Assembly (NCBI GenBank): GCA_013265495.1
Contig: MU058769.1
Location: 146,477-210,476 of the forward strand
From: Vicugna vicugna
Taxonomy: Eukaryota
Direction: 5' to 3'
Length of the DNA: 64,000 bases
Shown here: positions 51,341 to 64,000 of the stretch, piece after piece
How the letters are laid out: every line of letters starts with the position of its first letter
How positions within the stretch are numbered: position 1 is the first letter of the stretch
Program-made: the position numbers and the translations under genes
Notes under the pieces: model-generated
The model's input: only the letters and a program-made list of their open reading frames with translations
Told to the model about the DNA's origin: nothing
Database searches by the model: none

Positions 51341-51944
51341 TTAAGGAAAAAATAATAATTGGAAATGCATGGTTTCATGACAAATCAAAAGTTGGTATCT
51401 GTGTCTTGTGTCAGGACCCCTGTTGAGGACACCCCCTCACCCTGGCCTGATGTGCCAGGCTGGCGGTTGCCCCCCTCACCCCTGTCCACAGGTGTCATCA
51501 AGGAAGAGAGGCTTTTACCTCCCCAAGGCCATTTCTACCCTGTGGGAGGGGGAGGCTGGCCAGGGCCAAGGCACCCCAGCAGGGGTGGACAGGGGCAGGG
51601 GGGAGGGGGCTGATGCACTTCCAGCAGCTCACACCCCCCAAAACGTGTGGATTCCTCAGGGTGGCAGGAGGGCCATAAGGCTCAGAGCCTTAAGGGACTG
51701 ATCAAGAAACTAGACACAGAAATGAACTATTGGTCCCTGTTCCTCACCACAAAACTTGGTTCCTTCCTCCTAATATCCCCAGCGTCCTCAGTAATGTCCC
51801 ACGGGAAGACTGGGGAGGAGGTGGAGAGGGAGGAGAGGCAGGTCTCCCTGGTGACACGAGATCCCCTCTCCACTGCATTTCCCTTCACTGACGCATCCCC
51901 TCCCTCACATAGTACCCCACCCCCCCACGTACCCTAGTTTGGGG

Positions 51945-52162
51945 CTACAGGGCCTGAGCAGGCCTTGGGGAGCTCCAGTAGGCCACGAAATCCACCAGGA
52001 AGGTGGGCATGTAGCTCATGGGGAGGTAGAAGAGCTTGGCATCCCAGCCACAGGAGTATCGCGTGCGGGGGTGGCAGGCGGTCAGGGTGTGCTCCATGCA
52101 GTTCGTCACCAAGGACAGATTCTTGGACCATCTTGGTTTCAGTGTTTCAAGTGACTCCAGGA
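51945..52162 (-). CDS. RDH16: RDH16-like coding exon 4 (218 nt incl. TAG)
   Basis: AG 52164-52163. Encodes [72 protein letters not shown]. Total 954 nt = 317 aa + stop. Confidence 0.92.
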
Positions 52163-52703
52163 CTGTTCAGAGGGAGACACCATCCAAATTATTCTCAGGT
52201 CTCAACCCTCCCACTTTTCAGATACACTAAAGGAAAAAGTTCCTAAAAAAGCACTTACACTCCAAATGCAATTCATGGGTTTCACTCGAGCGTGTCCTCA
52301 GTCTTACCCCACTGTCACAGTCCTCACTAGCCCCCTCCACCTCGACTCCTGGGAATGTGTGCACCGCATAAACCGGAGCTCTCCACAAACACTGGAAATC
52401 TAGGTGCCTAAGCCAGCCTGGCCCTAACACCATCCTGCCATGAGTACGTGGATGTCTTCCCTCCTTGGCTCAATTTCATCCCCAAATAAGAGGTAAGAGG
52501 AGACAGTGGTCCCCGGGTGTACAAGGCCTGGATACATTCCTTGGGTCACCAGTTCACCACATGGGACCCTGGGGATGTCCCCACTGTTGGGGGGTGGGGT
52601 TCAGAGTGTGGAGGATGGACCTGAGCCTGGAGGGGGCACTAATGATGACCCAGGCTTCCAGACAAGGGTTTGCTTCTCTCCCCGAGGTCCACAGCTCACT
52701 AAC

Positions 52704-52867
52704 AGGTGGACACGAACGTCTCTCCATAGAGTTCCTTGACCTCTGGGCTGGCCTGATCCCATGCTGTCCGGACACTCTGAGAAAATGCCTCCACATCGGT
52801 TATATTGGTGCTGAAGAAACCGGGCTCGATCATAGCCACCTTCACCCCAAAGTGGGAGAGCTCCCTC
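52704..52867 (-). CDS. RDH16: RDH16-like coding exon 3 (164 nt)
   Basis: AG 52869-52868, donor GTTAGT from 52703. Encodes RELSHFGVKVAMIEPGFFSTNITDVEAFSQSVRTAWDQASPEVKELYGETFVST. Confidence 0.9.
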
Positions 52868-53514
52868 CTGCAGTGCAGACAGGCATAAAGGCAAGAACGT
52901 CAGAGGGCCAGCGGGAGAAACGTTTTCCCAAGATTTTCCATACATGTGCTTATACTTCCCAATCTTACCAGTTGTGCCGCAAGGTGCCCCTTAAATGCTA
53001 TCTCCTCATATTCACCTGGCACCCAGCCAGTCCCCGGGCTTTGTACAATTTACCTCCTCCACACTCCTCAGTTTCCTCTCTCCTCTCCTCACCAGTCAGC
53101 TCCCTGGTCATCCATCCGCTGGGCTGTCAGAATGTCCTCTGAGAAGCGTCTCCCTACCTGGGGTCACTCCCCACCCCACACTCAAGCCACCCCCAGCCCT
53201 GCAGCCACTAGACTCTCTACCACTGATACAATTAATTAGCTCCCTTGATTAACTGCTTCCACGGGGTCACACTGCCTCCCAGGCTCCCCCCAACCTCGCA
53301 GCACAGTAGTGATGTATATGGACACCCTGTAGTCAAGCTATATTGGTGACAATTCTGCCTCACTTTCCAATTCTGGGCCCTCCTCCAGCGCAGAGGTACA
53401 TTCACTTGATCTCAATACTCCTAGAGCCCATCCTGATACCAAGAACTTAAAAGGAGCTTCCCAGTGAATGCCTGGCAAAAGCAAGAGAGAAGGTTCTGGG
53501 GCAAAGAGACTCTA

Positions 53515-53955
<441 letters not shown>

Positions 53956-55549
53956 TCACCTTCCAGTCCAGCGACGGCTTTAGGAGAGAGGCTGCATGGG
54001 GAGCAGCTGGGACAGATAGCAGCGTGCTGCCGGGGTCAGGGCAGAGCAGCCCCGTAAGTGCGGGACGACAGGTGCGCCCTCCTCCGGACTCGGGGCCCCT
54101 GGCCCAGCCCGCTGCCCGGGGGCAGCACGCAAGCACCCAGCTTTGACGGAGGCAGGGGCTGAGGAGGAGGGAGTCTGCTGTGTCCACAGTCTGGACTACC
54201 GAGAATTAAGTTCTGCGTTGTCACACCTGTATGTCTGAGTACAGATTGGTTGAGTAAACAGATCTGAAACCCTAGGTTTGGGGGACTGTGGAGACAGGTC
54301 AAGTCTGAGAGGACCAGCCCTCAGATATCCTGCATCAATACTGAGCAATGTTCCTGCAGGGCTCTGGGGAGTCCCCAGAGGCAGGCTTTCAGGGGGAGGC
54401 AAGGATGCCTCCTTACTGCCTCCCCCAATACAGCACTCACCCCCTGTCCCAGCAAGTGCCACCCTCTCTTCCAGCCTCTCTTCTTCCCACACAGGAGGCC
54501 ACTCTGGCCCAACCCCCCTCAGTGTACAGTTCACTCAGCTTCACGGAAACCTCTCTTGAAGACCCAAAGACACAATCTCAAAGACCTGAAGACTTACCAA
54601 CCAACAGAACTGAGGGGAGCAGAAGGAGGAATTCAGAGGAGTAGGGGCAAGGGTGGCAGAAGCATTGACACACACAGTTCACTCCCTCCGCCTCTCAGGA
54701 ACTGGCCTGCCCTTATGGGACGTTCACCAGATTCTGACTTCTAAGAACCAGTCAATATACATGATGACAGAGTAGAGATTTGAGTAAAGAAAAGTTTACC
54801 AAACATCATTTACGATGAATAGAATGAACAAAAAAGGAGGAAGTAATGTTTTTACCATACCATAATATAGTATTTTTGTAAGTAATGCTATTCAAAAGGA
54901 TAGAATATTCTCATTCTTTTAAAATTACGTGTTTGAAGCAATTTTATTATGTTGTTAAAATGCTCATTAAATGAAATGAACAGGATAACAACTATGTGCA
55001 AAACCTAACACCACATATATATAAATGTTAACAGTACTTGTGTCTAAGTAGCGAGGTACTGAGTGCACGTGATTTTTGTCCCTAAATTTTCTGATTTTTC
55101 ACAATGATCACGTTTCACATTTATACTTAGATAAAAGAAATTGAAGTTCTTTACCTCCCTTGTAAAACACACGCAGAATTGTAAAATATTTAGAAATGAA
55201 AAAGAAGAAGAAGAAAAGGAAAACAGGAAACAGAGAGAAAGTGATGGCCCTGCTAGACCTAGAACGAGTCCTGATCTCAGCTACATCATCTGAAATGGGT
55301 GACATTTAAACCCAAAACACATGATTACGGGTCACCAGAAGGAACATGTTAAAGTGCTCCAGGGCAGCCCCACCCAACCCGTGCACCCTTCCAGCCAGAG
55401 CCCCACGCCCACCCCACTACCCTGGGAGACATGTGGAATGAGGTGGGGCTTCAGGTGTGGGAAAACACAGAGAGAATCTTCGCCAGGAACCAGACAAGGG
55501 CTTCCCCTTACAGAGAGACAAGACCAGACTTGAGAGATGTGGGCCATAC

Positions 55550-55862
55550 CTCTGTCCCCCACACGCTCCTTCACCCACTGGGTGGCCGCAGCGATGCTCT
55601 CTGTCTTGGTGACATCCAGGATCACCGTCTCCAGCCTGTCGGACGTCTGCTTCCTCAGCTGCTGGGCCCCCTTCTCGGTCAGACACGCAGCCAGCACCCT
55701 GAGTCCTCGCAGGTCCAGCTGCCTGGCCAGCAGGTTCCCGAAGCCCGAGTCACAGCCCGTGATGAAGACGTACTTGTCCCAGAGGTGGCTCACCGCCTGC
55801 CTCTCCCGGTACCAGCGCAGGAGGTGGTACAGGCCCAGCAGGACCACCAGGCACAACCACAT
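55550..55862 (-). CDS. RDH16: RDH16-like retinol/sterol dehydrogenase, coding exon 1 (313 nt)
   Basis: ATG 55862. Encodes [62 protein letters not shown]...QWVKERVGDRG, with a hydrophobic N-terminal anchor. GT donor 55549-55548. Strict orthology versus a lineage paralog is uncertain. Confidence 0.9.
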
Positions 55863-58272
55863 AGCTTTGCAGGGGACACACACAGACAGGTTGGGGTAAA
55901 GCTGGAGTCTGCCTAGTGTTCCAACAAGAGGACTGAAGGACACACACCGAGCTGGTTTGCCATCCAGTCCCCAGGCTCTCTGGCATGGGATCCTCAAGTT
56001 TGGCCTATTCACCTGTTTAGTGAGTAGTGTTGATTCTGGCCCCAAATGCATGCTCCTTGGTACACTGACACCATTCTAATCCACACCATTGCCTTTCCAA
56101 ACAACCCCTTGAGGATCTTTTCCAAACACCCTTTCTTGGTCTTCCCACTCCTCCCTGTTTCCCTCTGTCCACCCCCTCAACACTCCCCCCCACCGCCCAC
56201 ATGCTTAGGAACACTTATGGTCTTGGTCTCATGCTCCACAACTGTCCTCCTCCCTTTCTCCTGCTCAAGTCTGGGACACACGTCTCCCTGACCTACTGGG
56301 GATTCTTACAAAGAGGATACACTTGGAATCAAGACACATGTGGCTTCAACACCCAGCTCTGCTGCCAACCAGCTGTGTGACCTTGGGTGGCTGACTTAGT
56401 CTCTGAGCCTCCTTTCCTCCTCTGGCTCAACACTCGGAATTCACTCCCGATGACTACGTCCCCTGTCAGCCCCTCTAGGATTAGAGGGACAAGGCAAAAG
56501 AATCCAAGGGCTCTTCCTGATAAAGTAGTTCTCTGGGGAAGAAAGGGGCTCAGAAGAGCAGTGGAGGAGTCTGATCATAGAGGCAAAGACAGGGGACAAG
56601 AAGAGAATGGGGTGGGGGACGCACACAGTGGTGAGACTTGTCCCAGATGCTGGGAGGGTTGATGGAGGGACTGACACAGAACTGGTCTGACACCTGTTCC
56701 TCTCTCCCTCCTTGAGGATGCCCCAACCACAGCCCTGGGGGCCCGGCGACGCTGCCTCTGCCCGTCCTGGGTTGAGCCTGGCCCTGCCCAGCCACACACC
56801 CAGAATCCAGACCACTCACATACTGAGACCCCAAAGGAAGAAAAGACTGACTTGAACCATGACCAAAAACATGAAGCTAACTTCCCCAAGCAGGGAGGGC
56901 TGTAACCCCAATAACTGGGAAGATGGTTCTTTAGTTTGTATCACGGAGACTGTGGAGAGGTGGAAGGACCTTCCTCACAGGAGACTAAAGAAAGGACTGG
57001 AGACTGCGCCCCAGGACAGCTGCGCACGGAGGGGCTTTCATGGTGTGGTGGGGGATGCCGTCATTAAAGGGGGTGAGTCCATCAGGGGACGGTGCTGCGT
57101 GGGGCTGGGGCAGGGACAGAAGCAGCCAGGTTCCCTGCACAGGGCATCTCCTCACTGTCCACAGCGGTCACAGCTGCGACAGGTAAGTAAGGACAGACGA
57201 GGGGCATGAGGAGGGAAGGAGAGTCTCCAGCAAAGATACAGAGGCTCAACTGCCCTTCACCTCACTCAGAAGAGGAAATATCCCCACGGGGGCACAGATT
57301 CAGCCTTTAGGTGTAACTGTTCTCTGCAGGGAACCGATGGTAGTCCTGGAAGTGTCTGTCCCTCAAGGTGGGAGTTGGTAGCAGAACTGGCAAAGGCTGG
57401 TCTGACAGACCCGAGCCCATCCCCGCATCCTGGGTGACTAGCAGGACCTTCTTCTCCTACAAGGGCTCCCCAGAGGGCGAGGAGGAAGACGGTCATGAGG
57501 GAGGACGGCACCCAGGAAACTCTCAGTAAGCCTGGGTGACCTGTAAACCCTAGGCAAACACAAACTTTGCTAAGGGATAAGATCATGGTTTCTTTTCTTG
57601 GAAGAGACGAAAGATCTTTCCCTCAATGACCACAAAGTCCTTCATCATAAATTTCCAAGAGACGACGAAGCAAACCCGTCCCAGCCCTCATGTCCTCTGC
57701 TTCTCTCTTGGGGACCCTAGAGCACCACAACCACTTCCTGGGGGCCTCAGGGCTCTCAGACCATTCCCCCGTGGGAACGACCCCAGGAACCTTGGGAAAG
57801 AGCAGTGAGAGACAGAAGAAGCCAGGATGACACCCATTCACCTGAAAGCTTTAGAGACAGGAGAGGTCTCTCAGAGGCAATCCGTGGCAGGCAGGCTCAA
57901 GGACTAAAATCTCTGCCCGGAAGTCTTGGGAGGGGCAGCTGCACCCGTTCTGGGGCAGCAGCTCTGAGCAGTGGGCACCCTGGATGGGAGGCACGCGCCA
58001 CCTAGTGGCACCAGGCAAAATCTCAGCTGCGACCAGGGCCAAGAGTTAAGAGCACCATTCCCCAGGCACTCATTACCTCTTCTCCACCCAGGAGGGCTCT
58101 TCTGAAGAGAGAGAGCTTAGATAACAAAAGGGAGGTGGAATGGGCAGGGCTGGGACCCATTGTGCTAGTTTGTTTCAAGCTCTACACACCTGCAGCCCTG
58201 CTACATGCAGTGACGTCCCACAGTGAAGAGAAGTAACCTTGCCTCCAGGTATTGAATATCTGTCCCTACTCA

Positions 58273-61200
58273 GGGCCAAGATGGCAGAGTAGAAGGACAC
58301 TCGTAGCTCACCTTCTCCCACAAATACACCAAAACTCACTTCTATGGACCCACGCAGCCAACCAGAGCACTTAATGAATTCCAACAGAACATCGCCCTCT
58401 TCAAAAGACAAAGACGCCAAAAATCTGGTAGGAGAAAAGGAAAAAAGAAAGAACAAATATCAAAACAGTGCGGGATCAATCCTGCAGGGAGGGAGCGGCA
58501 AAGGAGGACTAGCGCTCATTCACTGGGTCTCCCCCCCTCTCCAACGGAGAGGCCAGCGGGACGGAGGGGGAGCCTCCGAGGCTCAATCTGCCCCGAGCAC
58601 CCCTTGACCGACAGAACTGAGTTAAATAGGCACAAAGGGTCCCCGCGACACCCAGCCCGAGACGCAAGCCGGGGACTGGGACAGGCCGGGTGAGCCGGGC
58701 AGAGGACAGGGGCGGCTGCACTGAGGCAGCCCGGGGGGACTGCAGGGGGCTGCGCGCCACGGCTGGGAGGGGATACGGGCAGAACAACCTCAGTCCCCCA
58801 TAAATTGCAAAACAAGCAAAGCAACACGGCTGGTGTGCCCTGGGGGGAGAGGCGCCGTAGCCTTTGTCTCCTCAGACCCGCACCGCCATTACTGGCACTT
58901 CTTGCAAGAAGAGAGGCGGGCGCAGCCACAGCCGCCACCTCCTCCTGTACGCTGCACCCGGGCAGGGGCGGGGCCAAGCCCTGAGTCCATATCTAGGAGC
59001 TCCGCAACCTCCTAGGCAGGACTGAGACTTGTTTACAGCCTGAGGCAGATAGGATCTTTCTGCCCTGGCACCTCAGAGAATTCGCACCATGTGGCAGGGA
59101 GCAGGGGCAGGACCATTCCACGGTCTTCCCCGAGCCCGCCTTCGGAGCACTGACCTGAGGTGGAGCGCACAGCTGCACAGAGCAGCGGAGCAACCAGCGC
59201 CAGAAGAGGGCGGGCGGCCACCTGCCTTCCCGGCAGGAACGCAGCACCTGACCACGGTGCTGGGAGGGGGCACAATCTGCCCACCTGTCTCACCCGCCCA
59301 AGCACAGCATCTGACTGCGGCATCGGGAGGGGGAGTGACCCACCCGCCCACCGGGTAAGAGCTCAGCACCAGACCCAGTGTTGGGAGGGTTCATGATCTG
59401 CTAGCCAACAGCCACTGGGAGCAGCACAGATGAGGGCACCAACAGAGGGCCTCTGGAAACAGCAAGCTGAGTTCGTGAAACAGGGCGAAGACACAAAGAC
59501 CTCTCAATAAAATCATTAAGAGCACACCCTCCCCAAGAGAACTAGATAACTGATACTCCTTAAGCCACAGTGCCAGAGAGATATGAGCAAGATGAAGAAG
59601 CAGAAGAACCACTCCCAATTAAAAGATCAAGAGAAATCCCCTGAAAGCATGATCAAGAAAATAGACATTGATGGCCTACTAGATCAAGATTTCAAAAAAG
59701 GAGTGATCAAAGTACTGAAGGAACTAAAACAGATATAAAATATGTCAAAAATGAAATAGAAGCTATAAAGAGGAACCAAGTAGAATTAGTAAACTCATTT
59801 GCTGAGATGAGAGCTGACCGAAAGGCTGTCCAAAGCAGGCTAGATGATGCAGAGGAACAAATAAGTGACCTAGAAGACAGGACAGCAGAAAGCACCCAAT
59901 CAGAACAGCTGAGAGAAAAACAAATAAAAAACAATGAAAACAATATAAGGGACCGATGGGATAATATAATGCGTGCCAATTTACACATAATAGGGGTCCC
60001 AGAAGGGGAATAAAGGACAAAGAGGATTGAAAAGGTATTGGAAGAAATCATGACTGAAAACTTCCCAAACCTAAAGAAAGAATCAGATATCCAAGTACAG
60101 GAGGCTCAGTGGGTCCCAAACAGGAAGAACCCAAACAGACCCACACCAAGACATACCACAATCAAGATGGCCAGAGTCAATGATAAAGAAATGATCCTAA
60201 AGGCAGCAAGAGAAAAACAAAGAGTGAGTTACAAGGGAACCCCCATAAGGCTCTCAGCTGATTTCTCGACACAAACTCTATAGGCCAGAAGGGAGTGGCA
60301 AGATACATTCAAAGTCCTGAATGAAAAAAAAGATGCAGCCTTGGATACTCTATCCAGCAAGGCTGTCCTTCAGAATAGAAGGAGAGATGAAGAACTTCAC
60401 AGAGACAAGCAAAAACTAAAAGAGTTTAGCAACACTAAACCCACGCTAAAAGAAATATTGACAGGTCTACTCTAAATAGAAAAGCAGCAGGATGCTACAG
60501 AAATGAGAAACTCGTAACTGGAAAGGTGATGACTACCATGAATTACAAAAAGAATAAACACAGAATTGTAAAAGAAGACATCCAAATCACTGAGAATGAG
60601 AGAGGGAAGCAAGGAAAGCCACTGTGGAAAACAGTATGGAGACTCCTCAGGAGACTAGGAATAGACTTACCATGTGACCCAGGAATCCCGCTCCTGGGCA
60701 TATATCCAAAAGGAACCCTACTTCAAAATGACACCTGCACCCCAATGTTCATAGCAGCACTATTTACAATAGCCAAGACATGGAAAACACCCTAGATGTC
60801 CATCAAAAGATGACTAGATAAAGAAGAGGTGGTATATTTATACGATGGAATACTATTCAGCCACAAAACCCGACAACATAACGCCATTTGCAGCAACATG
60901 GATGTTCCTGGAGAATGTCATTCTAAGTGAAGTAAGCCAGAAAGAGAAAGCAAAATACCATATGAGATCACTTATATGTGGAATCTAAAAGAAAAAGAAC
61001 ATAAATACAAAACAGAAACAGACTCATAGACATAGAATACAAACTTGTGGTTGCCAAGGGGGCGGGGGGGGGAAGGGACAGGGTGGGAAGGGACAGACTG
61101 GGATTTTAAAATGCAGAATAGATAAACAAGATTATACTGTATAGCACAGGGAAATATATACAAGATCTTGTGGTAGCTCATAGCGAAAAAAAACTGACAA

Positions 61201-61320
61201 TGAATATATATGTGCATATATATATATTCATGTATAACTTAAAAATTGTGCTCTACACTGGAAATTTGACACAACATTGTAAAATGACTACTACTCAATA
61301 AAAAAAATGTAAAAAAAAAA
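58273..61320 (+). mobile_element. Full-length ~3.05-kb half-L1 (5'UTR, disrupted ORF1 59583-60475, ORF2 deleted at 60618/60619, 3'UTR, poly(A))
   Basis: GGGCCAAGATGGC start, CpG-rich 1.3-kb UTR, ORF1p peptides nearly identical to the 3269-4157 copy, ORF2 tail only. Confidence 0.9.
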
Positions 61321-63035
61321 TACTGTTAAAATGGCCATACTATCCAAAGCAATCTACAGATTTAATGTGATCCCTATCAAATTATCCAGGAGATTTTTCA
61401 CATAACTAAAACAAATAACCTTAAAATTTATACTGAATCACAAAAGAGCCAGAATTGCCAAAGCAATATTCAAGAAAAATAACAAAGCTAGAGGTATAAC
61501 CCTCCCAGACTTCAGACAATAGTACAGAGCTACAGTAATCAAAAGAGCATGGTATTGGCACAAAAGAGACATATGGATCAATGAAACAGAATAGACAGCC
61601 TAGAAATAAACCCACATACTTATGGCCAATTAATCTTCGGCAAACGAGGCAAGAATATACAGTGGAGAAAAGGCAGCCTCTTTGGCAAGTGTTGTTGGGA
61701 TGCTGGAGAGCCACATGGAAATCAGTGAAGTTAGACCACTCCCATACACCATACACAAAAATAAACTCAAAATAGCTTAAAGACTTAAACATAAGACAAG
61801 ACACTATAAACCTCCTAGAAGAAAACATAGGCAAAACATTCCCTGGCATAAATCAGCAATGTTCCGCTAGGGCAGTCTATCCAGGCAATAGAAATAAAAG
61901 AAAAAATAAACAAATGGGATCTAATTAAACTTATAAGCTTTTGCACAGCAAAGGAAACTATAAACAAAACAAAAAGACAACCTATGGAATGGCAGAAAAT
62001 AATTGCAAATTATTAGACAAAAGCTAAATTTCCACAATATACAAACAGCTCATATAACTTAATAACAACAACAAAAAAAGCAAACAACTCAATCAAAAAA
62101 TAGTCAGAAGACCTAAACAAGCAATTCTCCAATGAAGACATACAAATGGCCAATAGGCACATGAAAAAATGCTCAGTATCTCTCATTATCAGAGAAATGA
62201 AAATCAAAACTACAGTGAGGTATCACCTCACACCAGTCAGAATAGCCATCATTCAAAAGTCCACAAACAATAAATGCTGGAGGTGTGGAGAAAAGGGAAC
62301 CCTCCTACCCTGTTGATGGAAATGTAGTTTGGTGCGACCAGTATGGGAAACAGCATGCAGATTCCTTAAAACACTAAAAATAGACTTACCGTATGATCCA
62401 GCAATCCCACTCCAGGACATATATCCAGAGGAAACTCTAATTTGAAAAGATACGGGCACCCTAGCGCTCATAGCAGCACTATTTACAATAGCCAAGACAT
62501 GGAAGCAACCTAAATGTCCATCAACAGATGATTGGATAAAGAAGTTGTGGTACACATATGCAATGGAATACTACCGAGCCATAAAAAAGGATAAAATAAT
62601 GTCATTTGCAGCAATACGTATGCACCTGGAGATCGTCATCCTAAGTGAAGTAAGCCAGAAAGAGAAAGAAAAATACCATATGTGATTGCTCATATGTGGA
62701 ATCCAAAACAAAAAAAAGACACAAATGAACTTATCTACAAAACAGAAATAGACTCAGAGACATAGAAAATAAACTCATGGTTACCGGAGGGGAAGGGTGT
62801 GGTAAGGGATAAACTGGGAGTCTGAGATTTGCAGGTACTAACTACTATATATAAAATAGACAAACAAGTTTATACTGTATAGCCCAGGGAACTATAAGCA
62901 ATATCTTGCAGTAAACTATAATGAAAAAAATACGGAAAGGAATATATGTAGGTATATGTTGGACAGAAACATTGTGCTGTATACCAGAAATTGACAGAAC
63001 ATTGTAAACTGACAATACTTCAATTAAAAAAAAAA
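61321..63035 (+). mobile_element. 5'-truncated LINE-1 (ORF2 3' part, 3'UTR, poly(A))
   Basis: Begins in ORF2 (VKMAILSKAIYRFN…), closely resembles 26131-27749, poly(A) at ~63026-63035. Confidence 0.9.
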
Positions 63036-64000
63036 GATGACTTCAGCAAGTCCTCTGAACACCAGCTCTCTGGGAGTCTAAGAATCTGTATGTTCTCATC
63101 AAAATGGTGAAACCTTAGGAAGCTGGGGCCTCAGCTCCACAGAATGCAAGAAGAATTTCTGTCCAGCCCACATTAGGTGCTCAGCACAAATTAGTAGAAC
63201 TGAATAAACCTGGAATCAGCACATCTACAGGGACCCTGGAGGAGGTACTGCGGGTCAGGAGGTGGGGGAATCTGAGGGAGGAACAGAAGCCAGGGAGGGG
63301 ATAGGGAAGTGAAGGAGGGGAGAGCTGGGGCATTCCAAGAGACTGCTGGGAGGTCCCAGTTTCCCTGAGAGAATGGTACCCAGGGCCTTGCCAGTCTCTG
63401 TCAGTCTCTCCAAGTTTCCTCTTCCTTAGACGAATATGCACCACCCCCCGGCACACACTCTCTTGAGAAACCACGAGAGGAAACAGTTGTCCTTCATCTT
63501 GTAGGAAGGATGAGGGCTGGGAAGCAAAAGCAACCCACCTTCCCTTTCTCAAGCCCCTCCCCCAGATCCTCCCACACTTCTCTCAGCACCATGAAGGCAA
63601 CTTCTCCTTTCACTCAAGAAATTTCCCAGAATTCTCAGGGCTGAGTCCCCTCCACAGAAGTGTAGACCCTGCCCCATGTCCCTGAGAAGCTCTTCTAGGG
63701 TGGTCATGTTTAACCATTCGGACATCATGGATCCTTTTGAGCAGCCAAGGAAGGATTGAAGCCCCATAAAAACGACTTAACGCAACAGACAGGGTTTTAT
63801 ATTTAGTTTTCAGTAAGTTCACAGACCACCTAAAGCCATTAGGTGCCAGGCACCAGGTCAAGAATCCCAGTAGTAAGAGTTTACTGAACTACTGGCGGTG
63901 TGACTCAGGCAAATTGTTTGACCTCGTTGTGCCTCAGTCTCCCTGTCTACGACAGAACCCACCTCAAGTTGCTGTGAGGATTAAATGAGATGATACCTGG

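Noticed and set aside
52465..53142. 225-aa + strand ORF and similar antisense ORFs over SDR exons
   Set aside because: Shadow ORFs of GC-rich exons and introns with no recognisable protein features.
55863..56051. N-terminal extension of the 239-aa ORF 55332-56051
   Set aside because: Family homology starts at MWL (55862). The extension and the read-through past the donor are non-homologous.
58509..59396. Cluster of GC-rich ORFs and an apparent CpG island
   Set aside because: Explained by the half-L1 5'UTR. No support for an ORF0-like antisense gene from one decayed copy.
63549..63767. 72-aa minus-strand ORF (…MMSEWLNMTTLEELLRDMG…)
   Set aside because: No recognisable homology or convincing exon structure.

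Overview
Mammalian genomic DNA, most likely camelid (tRNA-derived SINEs resembling camelid Vic-1), covering part of the SDR9C/retinol-dehydrogenase cluster. There are two intact four-exon genes on the minus strand. SDR9C7 is join(44763..44463, 40823..40565, 39896..39733, 33953..33736), 313 aa. An RDH16-like gene is join(55862..55550, 53885..53627, 52867..52704, 52162..51945), 317 aa. Three pseudogene relics accompany them: a tandem RDH16-like copy lacking exon 2 whose exon 1 appears gene-converted (47549-50381, -), an orphan exon 1 (27868-28138, -), and a divergent exon 2-3-4 set lacking exon 1 (9751-12382, +). The rest is mainly LINE-1, L2, MIR, LTR and DNA-transposon sequence, plus an orphan CpG-island promoter at ~20.9 kb and two assembly gaps. 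The most striking signal is a multi-copy, ORF1-only (half-L1/HAL1-like) retrotransposon family. Its ORF2 deletion junction is identical in independent copies, looks like a splice junction (AAG|CCACT, where intact ORF2 reads TGCAG|CCACT), and fuses a spacer ATG in frame to the ORF2p C-terminal tail (149-aa predicted ORF). Repeat family names are by eye and boundaries of old repeats are approximate.
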